Positions 50,540 through 62,945 of a stretch of DNA of 64,000 nt are shown here, one piece after another. A program made the position numbers and the translations under genes. Source of the stretch: Squalus acanthias (lineage: Eukaryota); NCBI GenBank assembly GCA_030390025.1, contig CM059426.1:119660001-119724000 (forward strand). Reading direction: 5' to 3'. Position 1 is the stretch's first letter. Every line of letters begins with the position of its first letter. The notes under the pieces are model-generated. The model searched no databases, had not been told where the DNA came from, and saw nothing but the letters and a program-made list of their open reading frames with translations.

Positions 50540-50926
50540 TGACAACCTTAAGCACTCTGAGGTCAGGTATGACACAGGTCAGACACAGCACATAATGCTG
50601 CATTAATCTCCCCTGCTAACCTACACCAAACCCTACTTCAGAAATGCTTCCCTTTATACACCAGTATGACACTGATTTCCCACACTTTCTAACTTCATGA
50701 CCTCTCTGTGTGAGACTGTTGAAGAATTACCATTGATGCTAAATTTAAAGGCCGTTTGATGCTACATCCAATGAACAACTGGCTTGAAACTGCCTGAGCT
50801 TTTTCACATAAGACCCTAAAGCATCATGAGAGAAGGCAGAGGCCTAGCCTGCATATGGGGGCTAAATCGGAATCAAGGCTGCAAAGGTGGCAGAATAGGA
50901 TTCCAATTCATTGTGCCATACAGTCA
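50540..50926 (-). mobile_element. Possible LF-SINE-like element, heavily decayed
   Basis: Minus strand begins GACTGTATGGCACAATGAATTGG and later TATGTGAAAAAGCTC, resembling my recollection of the LF-SINE head. Confidence 0.35.
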
Positions 50927-52275
50927 ACTTGGACTAGAACTTTGTTTTTTCTCTAGAAAAACAGCGAAAGAGATTAGAGAAATGTGGAATTTTAGTTAAT
51001 TTTAACTGCAAATTAGAGTACTTAAATATAAATTAACCTTTTTTTATTTCTGGTGACCTGATTGCTATGGTCAAATTGGTTAGAAAATTTATGGGGCCTC
51101 ATAAGTGAACTGAATACTTTAGAAAAGGGTAATTCCACTCCTTCCCCAACTATGTGAGAAGCAGATGAATGGACTTACTAGACAGCCATAAAAGTGGGCC
51201 CTTTAGATGCAAAGCCACAAGACTACCATGAAAATCAAATCAATGGGGATGGACTAGACAGATACCTCAACTTAAAATTAGAACCATAAACAAAAGCCAT
51301 TTTGACGGGGATGTTTCCAGTATGATATGAGAAGACACAAATCGGCAAAAATCCCAGTATAAATGTGCAGTGTCATTTCCTTGAGGACATAGCTGCAAGT
51401 GATATAAATTGTCCAAATTGGATCAAAATTTTGATTTTTATAAAAAATAAATCTAAGACCAATTCAGATTGAGTCCAGAATTTAATTGGAATGTCATCCT
51501 TTGTAAATATTGTTTACCAATCAGTCGGTAGCCCTCATATTTAACCAGTATGTTCTGTGTCATGTGATATGTCCATCATTATGTTGTGCTAAAATAACTC
51601 GGAGAGTCCAAGCAACCTTATCTGCTTATTGACACCACACAGAGAAAACACCAGGATGTATTAAGCTTCCATCCTTTTGCACTGCTAATGGTGGATGTCG
51701 TGCTACAGGCATCCGAAGGAATTCAAAGCGATGTAATTACATATGGGGTGGGCTACATCCAGTGGAACTCAAGGGGCCAAGTCTGATTTTCTGGCTGATT
51801 CTTTACACTGATAACCCATGAGGTCAAAAAAAAATCTTTAAAAACGCTTGGGACCAGCGATCTCTCTCAGCAGCCACTTGACACGTTCTCATTTCATTTC
51901 GCATAGCAACAGCTGGCATGTAATGAACACACAGGCTGTTAATAAAGGCTTTGTTAAGCTGACTAGTGAGCAAGAAGCCTACGGAATTTGCAGCAAAAAT
52001 ACTACCTTAAAGCACCAATATATGCTTTGTTTTATGTAGGCTACACTTGGAAATAATCAAATCAACAAGATAGCCCTTTAAATATACTTAGACGTCCCTA
52101 TGCGTTGCACGTTACATTCAGTGCTTTACAGGAATTTAGAGACAAGGTGATACTTATAAAGTGGCATTATTTCTAGAAGTTCCCATCTTTCAAATTACTT
52201 CTTAAAGGCAGATTTCTTTTTTATTTTACTTGCCACGACTAGGCATCTTTTGCAGGTTAACTAAACAAAATGAGG

Positions 52276-52505
52276 AAATGCTGGGAACACTCAGGAAGTC
52301 ATGCAGCATCTGTGGAGAGAGCAGACAGGTTAACATTTCAGGTGTGGACCCTTTGTTATAACTGGCAGTTCTGACAAAAGGTCCACACCTGAAGTGTTAA
52401 CTTGTCTGCTCTCTCCTCAGAGGTTGCCTGACCTACTAGTGTTTCCAGCATTTTCTGTCATTGGTTCAGATTTCCAACATCTGCAGTGTCTTGTTTCTTT
52501 ATTCA
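52276..52505. mobile_element. Head-to-head fold-back of Penelope-like terminal repeats, 13-bp TSD
   Basis: About 90-bp inverted arms centred at 52365 (AACTG-G-CAGTT); AAACAAAATGAGG at 52263-52275 and 52506-52518. Confidence 0.8.
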
Positions 52506-52879
52506 AAACAAAATGAGGCTTCAATGAATATATGGCATATCAGTGCACCTTTGATAAGATTGCCTCCATCATTGGAATTGCCAAACGTTTGTACCTATGT
52601 TTTCCACTCAAAATGATTTTGCCCAGGATGTTATGTAAACACACCTTTGCAGTGGGTCCACCCAAGGGGACGGACCAGCATAAGTGGGTAACGTGGCTAT
52701 TTTAAAAGGCTTTGCAGAGCCACAGCCATCTGTGTGGTGTCATTTATGTTATGCTAGCTTGACCTTGGAATAACAATTTCTCTCATTCCATAAGTTCTTC
52801 ACCTGTTAGGCAAACTGCTGCGCTCCTTAGTTCAGTGACCAGCTGTGGGTCACAAGAAGGGGGGCCGTTTAATTTTATT

Positions 52880-53620
52880 TAGGAGGCTGTGATTCAGTAA
52901 TGAAGCTTTAGAGGAGCTCTGTTCGCTGCTGCAGTCAGATCTGCAACCATTGTCCACAGCACAACAGCTCTCACTGTGGCACAGAAAGTAACCACTGCGT
53001 AAACTTTTATGCTGGAGGCTCATTCCAGGGAGTCACAAGGGACATTTGTCAGATCAGACAATTTTCTGTGCTTCCCTCTATCAAGCAAGCCATCAATGTC
53101 CTCTTTGAGAGGGCAGGTCAATTTATACAATTTGACAGTGCTGCCAGACAGATGACTGAGAGGGTCGTCAAACTTTTCAAAATTGCCAGATTCCCCAGAG
53201 TTGTTGGGTGTATTGATTGTACACATGTGGCATTGGGTAGTCCAAATGTAAACCCCCATATTTATATCAACCACGAAGGCTTCTGTTCCCTAAATGTGTA
53301 GCTCATTGCGATGACAGACACATCTTCTCGCATGTGAATTTGCAACATGTGGGAGCGTCATGATGCTTTTATATTTCATCAATCCATTGTCTCAGCTCTA
53401 TTGCAAGAGCAGAGGCTTTGTAAGACCACCATTGCTTCAGAGGAGTATTACAATGAAGCACGCATGAAGACAAGGATAAGAATTGAGCAAGCCTTTGGGA
53501 TGCTCAAAAGAAGGCTCCACTGTCTAGATAGATCTGGAGGTGCCTTGCAAAATGTGCTCAGCGTTGTCTTGCAAATTGCGGTTATGTACCCCACAGCTTT
53601 GCAATCAGGAAAGAACTGAT
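52880..53620 (+). pseudogene. Harbinger DDE transposase pseudogene (HARBI1-like family)
   Basis: 'EELCSLLQSDLQP', 'NFYAGGSFQG', 'FPRVVGCIDCTHVAL...YINHEGFCSLNV', 'EEYYNEARMKTRIRIEQAFGMLKRRLHCLDRSGGALQ'; stops, frameshifts and a deletion around the second Asp. Confidence 0.9.
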
Positions 53621-53671
53621 CCTGATAATGACACTATTAATGCTGTAGACTCAGCCCATGAAGAAAGAACA

Positions 53672-54030
53672 AAAAGAAAGGCTTGCATTTCTGTAGCACC
53701 TTGCACCTTTCACAAACTCAGGATGTCCCAAAGCGGTTTACAGCCAATGAAGTACTTCTGAAGTGCCGTCACTGTTGTTATCTAGGAAATGGGGCAGCCA
53801 GTTTGCACACAGCAAGGTCCCACAAACAGCAATGTGATAATGACCAGATAATCTGTTTTTAGTGATGTTGGTTGAGGGATAAATATTGGTCAGGCCACCG
53901 GGGAGAACTTCCCTACTCTTCTTTGAAATAGTGCCATGGGATCTTTCACATCCACCTGAAGGGGACAGAAAGGGTCTCGGTTTAACTTCGCATCCGAAAG
54001 ACAGATGAGACATTAAACCGAGAACAGGAA
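53672..54030 (-). mobile_element. Deu-domain SINE inserted in the Harbinger element
   Basis: Nearly the same as 29745-29945 (CACAGCAAGGTCCCACAAACAGCAATGTGATAATGACCAGATAATCTG). Confidence 0.85.
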
Positions 54031-54289
54031 GCAGGTGCAGTGGCAACGGCTGTTAGACCGCTGAGAGACAAAGTCATTCGGTACACCTTCACAGAGGAAT
54101 CGAACACTATTATTCGGAAGTCTCAGCCCATCAAAAATCTGCTTCCTCTCATCAACCTTTCTATGGTGTAAGTAAAATCCATTCTCCTCACAGCTAGCCA
54201 TCACCTCCTAATCCTGAGCCTCAACATCAGCACATTATCTGTTCGCCATACAAGGAACCAAACACCAAGTAGTCCTTACATCAGGTGGC

Positions 54290-55478
54290 AATGGGAGCAG
54301 GATTCTGGTTACCAGTGATCAGTGGGAGAACAGACCTCACAGAATCAGAATGGTCCTTAACTCCCTGGGAGACAGTCAACTGAATATCCTTTAGTCCCTC
54401 TGAAATGCTGCCCTGTATACTTTGCAATCTGATTGACAATGACCTCTCCAGAGGGTCCCCCAAGACCTGCAGTTCTTCAGTTGCTGCATCCACACTGAGC
54501 TGACTGAACTGCCTGGACCTCTCATGAAGTGGGGGAAGGTTTACAGATGCTCCTGATGCTGTTACTTTCTCCAGGTTGCCCTGCAATGAGTTGAACCCTT
54601 CTCGGATATTGGCAAAGCAGGGCAGTGGACTCCACCACTATCCCAGCCATTTGCTGCACATCTTGTGAGAGGCCATGCAGAAAAGCTAAATGTATCTGAT
54701 GCTCTACTAGCATCCTTCACTTCATGGCAGGACCCCTGTGATCATCATCCATTTCCTGTGTAGCCAGGGACTGCCATGTCTTAAGCCTCCACTCAGCTAC
54801 ATCAGGTTACTCTTCCACATCTGCATCTTTTGTGTCTCACCACGTGTCAATTCCTCATCTGCGCTATCTGTGCCCCCTCAAATGGGCGTCTCTGGGCTGC
54901 TGGGTGCAAGAGAGAGGGTGAATGATAGGGTGGGAAGTGGTCACCAGAGTTGCCGGAGGTAGTGGAGACTGCAAGGTCTCACTTTTCAGAGATATTAACA
55001 TAGAAACATAGAATCTAGGAGCAGGAGTAGGCCATTCGGCCCGTCGAGCCTGCTCCGCCATTCAATACGATCATGGCTGATCATCCAAATCCAGTACCCT
55101 GTCCCTGCTTTAATCCCCACAGTACACATATCCCACCCTACCCCCGTAACCCCCGTAATATTCTCTGCTGTATCCTGACTTGCAGCCTCTGGAGGAAAGA
55201 ACAGTGCATTTTATTATGTAGCTTAAATAACTACTTATAAGAAAGGTGATATCTGGCGAAGAGATTGAAGAATACATTGAAACATTAAAAAAAGTAAATG
55301 GCATGCATCCTTATGAGCCCACTGAAGCCACAGAGGCTCCCATATCTCCATTCCCAATTGCCAGGCCAGAGTTGAAGCCAATTATGGCCTTTGCTTCCTC
55401 TTCATATGGTGTTAAATGCCAGACGTTGGCATTTCCTTCTCCAGTAGCCTGGCGTTCCCTGGAATTAGGTGCTCTTTT
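54290..55478 (-). pseudogene. Harbinger Myb/SANT partner gene, downstream exon remnants
   Basis: After acceptor CTGCAG the - strand reads KRAPNSRERQATGEGNANVWHLTPYEEEAKAIIG (55478 downward), the post-Myb 'K.A.N.RER..TGGG....LTP.EE' motif; coiled-coil-like 'MLVEHQIHLAFLHGLSQDVQQMAGIVVEST' at 54713. Confidence 0.65.
54997..55110 (-). mobile_element. CR1 3'UTR fragment inserted in the Harbinger element
   Basis: AACATAGAAACATAGAATCTAGGAGCAGGAGTAGGCCATTCGGCCC, as at 38546. Confidence 0.85.
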
Positions 55479-57214
55479 CTGCAGTAGGAATGCATAGAGT
55501 TAATTGGATATGAAACACTGAACATGATTTTGGCAGACAGAAGTTCCACTCCACCATCAAAAATGCCCAGGAATTTCCAGGCCTATGCCTTGTATTGCAT
55601 GTTAGTAATTGTTTGAGCAAGATATTGAAATGTGTAATGATTCGTGCTATAATTCCAAATGGCCATGAAATAAGTTTCTACTATCCAACAAAATTGAGGC
55701 ATACTATGCTGCTATTGATTTACATTTAGTACGTAAATTATCACAGATGTGCCCACTATTAGCAGTGTGGTAGGACATCCCGAACAAGAGATTGAACTGA
55801 ACTTTAGATCCACAAAGCCTGTGTAGTTCATAGAATTAGATTACTTTATATGCAAACTTGTATTTTTAGCATGGCGTTGTAATGTTAAATCCTAGATTTG
55901 GTAACATATTTGAAACTAAGCTCTTTGTTTAGGTCTATAATTTTACAATTACTGTATTATTTTCAAGGCTTAAAGCTGTTAAAGTTTATGCTGTAGAACT
56001 ACAAAAAGTAGAAGAATGTGAATTGAGGATTTGCCGTTGGTTTCAAAGCTTGGCGGCATCTCTTGTGTTTGATTGCTGTGACTCATGCGTTAACTATTTC
56101 ATCAATCTTACTTTCTGCTCTTGTTTACAAGTACTGATTCTCATGCTTCTTAAATACTACAATCTTGCATTGTAATTGTTAATGTAGGAGTTCAGTCCAG
56201 TTCAGGGCTGTCCTCAGTCATGAATTTGCTCAGTGTTGTTAATGTCCACACGATTGTCCACTTGCTAAATGTGGATGCTGCATGTCTATGAAAGACAGCA
56301 TTTTTAACATGTCTTACCATCATTTATCACCCATTTAACAAGACATCTGATTTGCATTGGGATGCTTATCATTCAGTTACGTGGGCTCATCAAAGAAACA
56401 ACAGGCTTTAAAAGCCGAACATTTTAACTCCTTATTTTAAACTGTCATTCGCTTCCATCTACAGCTGTAATTGTTGCATCAGCCTTTGATTGTGCATCTT
56501 GTAAATCAGCTTCAATTTTCTGTATCCCAACAGACTACCCCTGTGTTAAACCAAATGTTAAACTCTTAATTCAAAACTTCTCCACAAGAAGCATTTGTAG
56601 ATTACCAATGCCCTTTGTGGACTTACAAGTCAGCAAGCTACAAGTACCGAGTCTATGAAAAATCTGCCCCTTTATTTCTATTCCTAGCACAGATCGAAAC
56701 AAATAGCACATTCTGTGAATTTTAGATAGATTGTAGAAATGCTCCTATAGTTCTTAAACATACTTAACAGTTGTTTTGTGCCCATATGTGAGGTATCAGT
56801 GTTTGGACATATATCATCTTTTGGATTTAATGCAGCCAGTTTCACCATCCAGGTATAGCACAGGAAGGGCAAACATCACTCAGCGCAAAAAAAAGCTACA
56901 TTGATGTAAAATTTAGCCCAACATTCCATAGCTCTATAGTTCCCTTTACTGGACTAAAATAACCTTTCCTTTCTCCACCCCACCAGCTACCTTGTAGCTA
57001 CTGAGACTAATATTGCCCAAATAATGGGATCGACATTCCAAATTATGGCAAGTTTTATACTATGGACTATAAATGCTGAGGAACTAGGTTGAGACTGCCC
57101 AAACCCATTTTACTTAAGAATCTTCCAAGTGGCACAACTTTCATTCTGTGTTGCATTACTGTTAGTCAAAAGTCATATAATGCTAGTGGTATTCACCTTA
57201 TCCCTAAATATCAT

Positions 57215-57727
57215 CAAGGATATGAAGGCTTTGGAGAGGGTACAGAAGAGGTTTACTAGAATGGTTCCAGGGATGAGGGATTACAGTTATGTGGCTAGAC
57301 TAGAGAAGCTGGAGTTGTTCTCCTCGAAGCAGAGAAGGCTAAGAGGAGATTTGATAGAGGTGTTTAAAATCATGAAAGGGTTTAGATAGAGTAAATAAAG
57401 TAAAACTGTTTCCAACGGCTGAAGGGTTGAGAACGAGAGGGCACAGATTTAAGGTGATTAGCAAGAGAACCAGAGGCGACATGAGGAAAAAAGCTTTTCT
57501 ACAATTAGTGGTTAGGATTTGAAATGCACTGCCTGATGGGGTGGTGGATACAGATTCAATAGTAGCCTTCAAAAGGGAATTGGATAAATACTTGAAGGAG
57601 AAAAAATTGCAGGGATATGGGGAAAGAGCGGGGGAGTGGGACTGACTGGATTGCCCTTCGAAAGAGCCGGTGCAGACTCGATAGGCCGAATGGCCTCATT
57701 CTGTGCTGTACTATTCTATGATTCTAG
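57215..57727 (+). mobile_element. CR1 3' fragment
   Basis: 'KDMKALERVQKRFTRMVPGMRDYSY..RLEKLELFS..QRRLRGDLIEVFKIMKG'; (ATTCTATG) tail. Confidence 0.92.
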
Positions 57728-57874
57728 GATTCTGAAGGGGCCATTTATACTATTTCTCTGGGGGTTCTACCGAAATTACAACGGGCGATCAGGCGAACCC
57801 CTGTGGGGTTTCTCGGCCATAAGTTTAATGAAGGCAGTCTCATTGATTTCCTTGCTCGTTTTTTGTCTTCCTTT

Positions 57875-58002
57875 GGGATAGATAATAAGACATTGGGGAG
57901 TCCATATTTCCAGTAGGCATCAAACATCAGTAAGACTCGGGATAGATAATAAGACATTGGGGAGTCCATATTTCCAGTAGGCATCAAACATCAGTAAGAC
58001 TC
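57875..58002. repeat. Perfect 64-bp tandem duplication
   Basis: 57875-57938 is identical to 57939-58002. Confidence 0.97.
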
Positions 58003-59878
58003 AAAGCATTTCAAGCCAGGGCTCTGGACACCTTTAAATGTAAAGCTACAGATTTATCGCCAACATTCTTGTTGTACAGAGTAGGAGGAAATCAATATCA
58101 CCAACTACAATGAACTTGAGGTGCAGGCATTGCTCCGTGTCTGGGTTCTTATCACATCTGAATGGAAGTTTACAGTAGTCATTATTTGTTGCATGCGAGT
58201 GATTCAGACAGATCGACCCTTTTAATCGTTTGCAGATCCAGTGACTATGACTGGGGCTTATCAAATGGCATTTGCTATTCATAGAACTGTGCAGTTGTAT
58301 TGCTGCAAAATCAGGTCAATGTCATTCTTGTGGCACTACCTCGCCTAGCTAACTGCTTAAACATGTTGTGAGCAAAGTGCAGATTCATTGGAGTGATAAT
58401 AACCAGAACAGAGCATCACTGACATCAGAGCTCTGTTTGTGTGCTGCAAAGGTAAGGGTTTAGGAAAGTGAGATTCACAGAAACAATTGGAGGTCTAGTA
58501 AAAGAGATAAGAAAATCAGAACAAAAGAATAATTTGAGGCTCTAACACTCAGGGCCACAGTGGGACAATGCAGGCTCGATCCCCACTCCTTTCAGTTCCT
58601 CAACTGGGGAATGATGAGCAGAGGCTGCAGTATCTCTTGGTGATAGGAGGGAAAATCAGACATAGTAGTGTGACCTAAGCAGTAATTCAAACCTGACAGC
58701 GGGCAGCCAAAGGGAGCATTCAGTCCTTTGGGAGCAAGCTGTCCAGCTACCCTCTCAGCAGTAGAGATGTGAGACCAGATGGATGGAAAAAAATAGGGGT
58801 AACATACTTTGGGAGTAAAACTACCAATAAAATGAATTCTAACCTGATGTAACTCTTGGACTGTAGAGGCTGACTGCAATGTAACACTGATGCCAGAGGT
58901 TCAAGAGGTTCTTGTAATCAAGTGAGCAATCGGAATTGCCTCTTTTAAAAGTACTGGGCCTTGACAGCAGCTGCTCATCTTTCAGTGTTTCATCTCTCTT
59001 GTTCTTGAGGGTGATGAATAAAAAGTGTCTGTTAAAGAGACGGAGTTCAACGCCTCAGCTGTTATAGCTTGTCACATAGGCCGGATGGTTGGGATTCTCT
59101 AGCTGGGGAGCTGCAGCCTGTGACATGGATTTCCCACAAGGATGATCTTTGCTCTAACTTGTCAGGTCAGAGGTGTAGCTTTCAAAGATCAAATGGCAAA
59201 ACTGGTAAAAGATACTATAGCATTAAAAGAGTTCCCTTTAAAAAGAGCACAGCATTTTAATTATCACAATAGCTAAGACCAAAGGGTCTTGCGAGATATT
59301 AGAGACTTTTGATATTAGAGATGCACTTGGTAGCATTACAAAAAAAACAGGTCTGCATGATTTTGTGCCAGGAAATGGTGGATGATACCGAGGATTGGGT
59401 GCCCTTACTCTTGTCAAAATTGAACCGAATCGAAATAAAAAGATAAACTACAAGTGTTGAAATAAAAGCAGAAAATTCTGGAAATGCACAGGATCTGAAA
59501 GAAAAATATAGGCTAGCATTTTGTGTGTGACCCTTCATCTGAACTCAACGCAAAGTGAAACAAGTGGAGCATTTTGATTTATCCAAACATGTTAAATATT
59601 TAAAATAATGATAAAATGATCCCTGGGTCCTAATGTGACTGTAGGAAGAACTGAATTTGAAACTTTATAGAAATAATTAAATTGAGAGCTACTATTCAAG
59701 TCTAGGATTTTATATGTGATGCTGTTTGATTTAGGAATTGTACTACATACACTGACTCACTTAAAGAAACTGCCGTAGCCGGAGGTTAATGTGAATATAA
59801 TGCAGTATTGTATAGATTTTCAATCAACTCTTACCACACTTGGGAGATCTCAAGGTCATGACACAAAATTCAATGTAT

Positions 59879-60022
59879 GGCCGGGAATTTCTCCCAATTG
59901 ATCACTGCAACTTCAGTGGAAGGTGGGCAGAAACCTGGTTTACGCACATAAATGGGGTTTCTGCCAATCTTCTGCCAAGGTTAAGGCGGCGGAGTAGTAG
60001 AAGCTTTGAGGAAATTCCTGCC
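59879..60022. mobile_element. Short palindromic MITE
   Basis: GGCCGGGAATTTC ... GAAATTCCTGCC; GCAGAAACC/GGTTTCTGC inner arms. Confidence 0.7.
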
Positions 60023-60512
60023 GATTATAAGTAACTGCATCTACACAACTGTCACCGTTAACTGATCTCAATAAAAGTTACTACTGCTTCGTATAGTAAC
60101 AGGATCTAAATCAAACTAGCTCATGGCATTAGTTGATTTTAACCCAAAACACATACTATAATTCAATATTCATGGTTACAGCATGTACTTGACAGAGTCC
60201 AAAGTGCATAGTAGCATTAGCATGCTTTCAGGTTAAGTCTAACTTTGAAAGATAAAACCTCTTTCACTTCATAGCAGATTAACAGGAGCATCAATTAGTT
60301 CAGTTGGTTTCAATGATGCTGATTTGGATTTCTTCAAGTTACCTTTCATTGTCTCTCTACTTGTAAATCTTTTTCTACTTCTTGAATAGCTCAAACTTCT
60401 CCTAAATAACCGTGATGAGGTAGAGGAGTGTTGGCCCCCTAAATTAGATCTGTGTGGCTCTGTTTTCTGCCCGGAAAACAGAGGCACAACGTGGTCCAAT
60501 TTCACCCTCAAT

Positions 60513-61203
60513 GGCCCCGATATTTACGGGAAGGTTGGGAGGGAGCAGGAGAGCATATTTGTAGGGGGGAAACCCGAAAATGTCAGGAATGCGAGTCTAA
60601 CGGCAGGACCTCTTATCACTTTTTAACTTCGCTTCCCAACCTGGCAGCTGACCAGATTCCCAAGGCTGCCGGGTGGGAAAGCCAGAGGTAGAAGGCCGCA
60701 GCTGGGGACTGTTGGGGATGGTCCCGGCAACCAGGAAACATCGCGGGGCAGAAGTGGGGGTCGGATCGGCAATCGGGAGGGAGGGGGGACCAAAAAACAT
60801 TGCGGATTTGAAGTGGGGGTGGGGGGTCAGCCGATCGCGACAGAAGACTTTGCTTATGGGTCCGGAGGAAGCACTCCTCTTGACCCACGAGCAGTGCTCT
60901 GAAAACCACTTACCTGCTAGATCTGGCTGCTCCCACCTCCCTTTAGCTGCCGGGTTTCCCAGGCCCTGGGAAACCCGGACGGCGTTAAATGTAAATCGCT
61001 GCCAAAATCTGAGGAACAGAGCCTGATTTAAATATTATAATCACTGACCTGTCTCACCAGAACAGGTTACTCGCACGTCCCCAAACCCGCCATGGTTAAA
61101 CCGGAAGTAGGCGCATTCGTGACGGGCTGGGGTCGGGTTTCACTAATTTGCCGATTTAACCCCCGACCCGTTCCCACCCGTCATGGGAGGGTTAAAATTC
61201 CCC
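60513..61203 (+). mobile_element. GC-rich Harbinger-type MITE, TSD AAT
   Basis: AAT|GGCCCCGATATTTAC ... GGTTAAAATTCCCC|AAT. Confidence 0.8.
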
Positions 61204-61714
61204 AATGACTCTGTGAGAGAGGAATGTGCAGCATTTCAGTCTTTCAAGTATGCATGTCACAAATTGATTTTGCAAACTTTTGTATTTGGAGAAAACTTCA
61301 GCTTTTGCAATCCTCACTGATCCCCCAAAATAAATCCAAGTATAATCATTATTAAGGGAGTGTTTATTTAAAATATGACACGACAGACTGGAAATTACTG
61401 TTGGTGATATTAATAAATGAACGGCTTAGCGCATTGTTAGAATACCAGGTAAATATTATGCAAATCCATTTAAGCACTAATATCACACACACACCTGTAA
61501 CCACGATTCATAATTTACAGGATTATTACCCATAATCACGAAACATAATCGAGATCTCTGCTCATCCGACCACAGATCAATTCCTACCTTATGCTTCTCG
61601 TTGACTGCAACCAACATGCTGCTGCTCCCGAACATGGTATTTCTCCAGGCAATCCACTCGACACAGTGCCAATGGGTTTTCTTGTCTTGTTTCTCAATAT
61701 TGTGCCCCTTTTTT

Positions 61715-61925
61715 TACCCCACTGCTACTTCCAATTTTGCCTGCTGCCACCACTTTTCTGTTGTCTTATACCCCGCCTCTCTGTCCCTTGATCTTATCAT
61801 CTCCCTATCACCTGCTGCCATTATCTCCTGCAATGTGGTCTTACTGTCGTCTTCTGCTGCCATTACCTCCCTGTCTTCTGATGCCACCATCTCCTTTTCT
61901 GTTACAGTCACCACCTCCCTTTTTA
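61715..61925. repeat. Degenerate TGCTGCCACCATCTCC-type tandem repeat
   Basis: Recurring CTGCTGCCA/CCATCTCC units. Confidence 0.55.
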
Positions 61926-62294
61926 TGTTCTCATCACATCCCTTACTTCTGTACCTCCTCTGCTGGTATGACCTGTAAGCAGCCTTATTTCTTCTTCCTT
62001 CTTCTTTCTGTCTATTTACCCTTTACACTTGTCTTCCTGCATTCATTTTTACCTTTCTGTCCCATTTCTTTTACCCTTTTAATTTTTATTCTTCTGCTGG
62101 CCTATAATTCACACTCGGGAGTAGATTTTGACTTTGTCTGACAGTGTAAAGTGGGCAGCCCATTTTACATCTGTCCCGATTTTTATTGCCATTGAAGTCA
62201 AATGGGACCTTTGGGCTATGGGTTAGATACCAAGTGGTGCTCGCTCTGCGCTGTACTATCAAAAATTCCTAGGCCATGTACAGCATGGGCTAAA

Positions 62295-62945
62295 TACAAC
62301 AACAACTTGTATTTATATAGCGCCTTTAACGTAGTAAAATGTCCCAAGGCGCTTCACAGGAGCGATTATCAAACAAAATTTGACACAGAGCCACATAAGG
62401 AGATATTAAGGTAGATAACCAAAAACTTGGTCAAAGAAATAGGTTTTAAGGGGCGTCTTAAAGGAGGCAAGAGAGGTAGACAGGCAGAGAGGTTTACGGA
62501 GGGAATTGCAGAACTTAGGACCTTGGCAGCTGAAGGCACGGCCGCCAATGGTGAAGCGATTAAAATTGGGGATGCTCAAGAGGTCAGAATTAGAGGAGCG
62601 CAGATATCTCGGAGGGTTGTAGGGCTGGAGGAGATTACAGAGCTAGTGAGGGGTGAGGCCATGGAGGGATTTGAAAACAAGGATGAGAATTTTAAAATCG
62701 AGGCATTGCTTAACCGGGAGCCAATGTAGGTCAGTGAGCACAGGGGTGATGGGTGAATGGGACTTGGGTGCGAGTTAGGACACGGGCAGCAGAGTTCTGG
62801 ATGACTTCAAGTTTACAGAGGGTAGAAAGTGAGAGGCTGGCCAGGAGTGTGTTGGAATAGTCAAGTCTAGAGGTAACAAAGACATGGATGAGGGTTTCAG
62901 CAGCAGATGAGCTGAGGTAGGGGTGGAGACGGGCGATGTTATGGA
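62295..62945 (-). mobile_element. L2 LINE 3' fragment
   Basis: (ACA)n ACTTGTATTTATATAGCGCCTTTAACGTAG tail; - strand encodes 'SRLDYSN', 'FKILILVFKSLHGL', 'GGRAFSC'. Confidence 0.88.

Larger units (their letters stand above)
52620..55583. mobile_element. Decayed autonomous-type PIF/Harbinger transposon (two convergent genes)
   Basis: Transposase on +, Myb-partner exons on -, TIR-like GAATTTCCAGGCC at the right end; left end uncertain. Confidence 0.7.

Noticed and set aside
53068-53619. Host HARBI1 gene
   Set aside because: Stops, frameshifts, an internal deletion and an adjacent decayed Myb partner indicate a transposon fossil, not the domesticated gene
60269-60511. RS-like ORF 'RRSLSYSRSRKRF'
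   Set aside because: Short, no recognisable homology and weak splice signals
61601-62141. Hydrophobic 125-134 aa ORFs
   Set aside because: They arise from a degenerate tandem repeat and a T/C-rich tract
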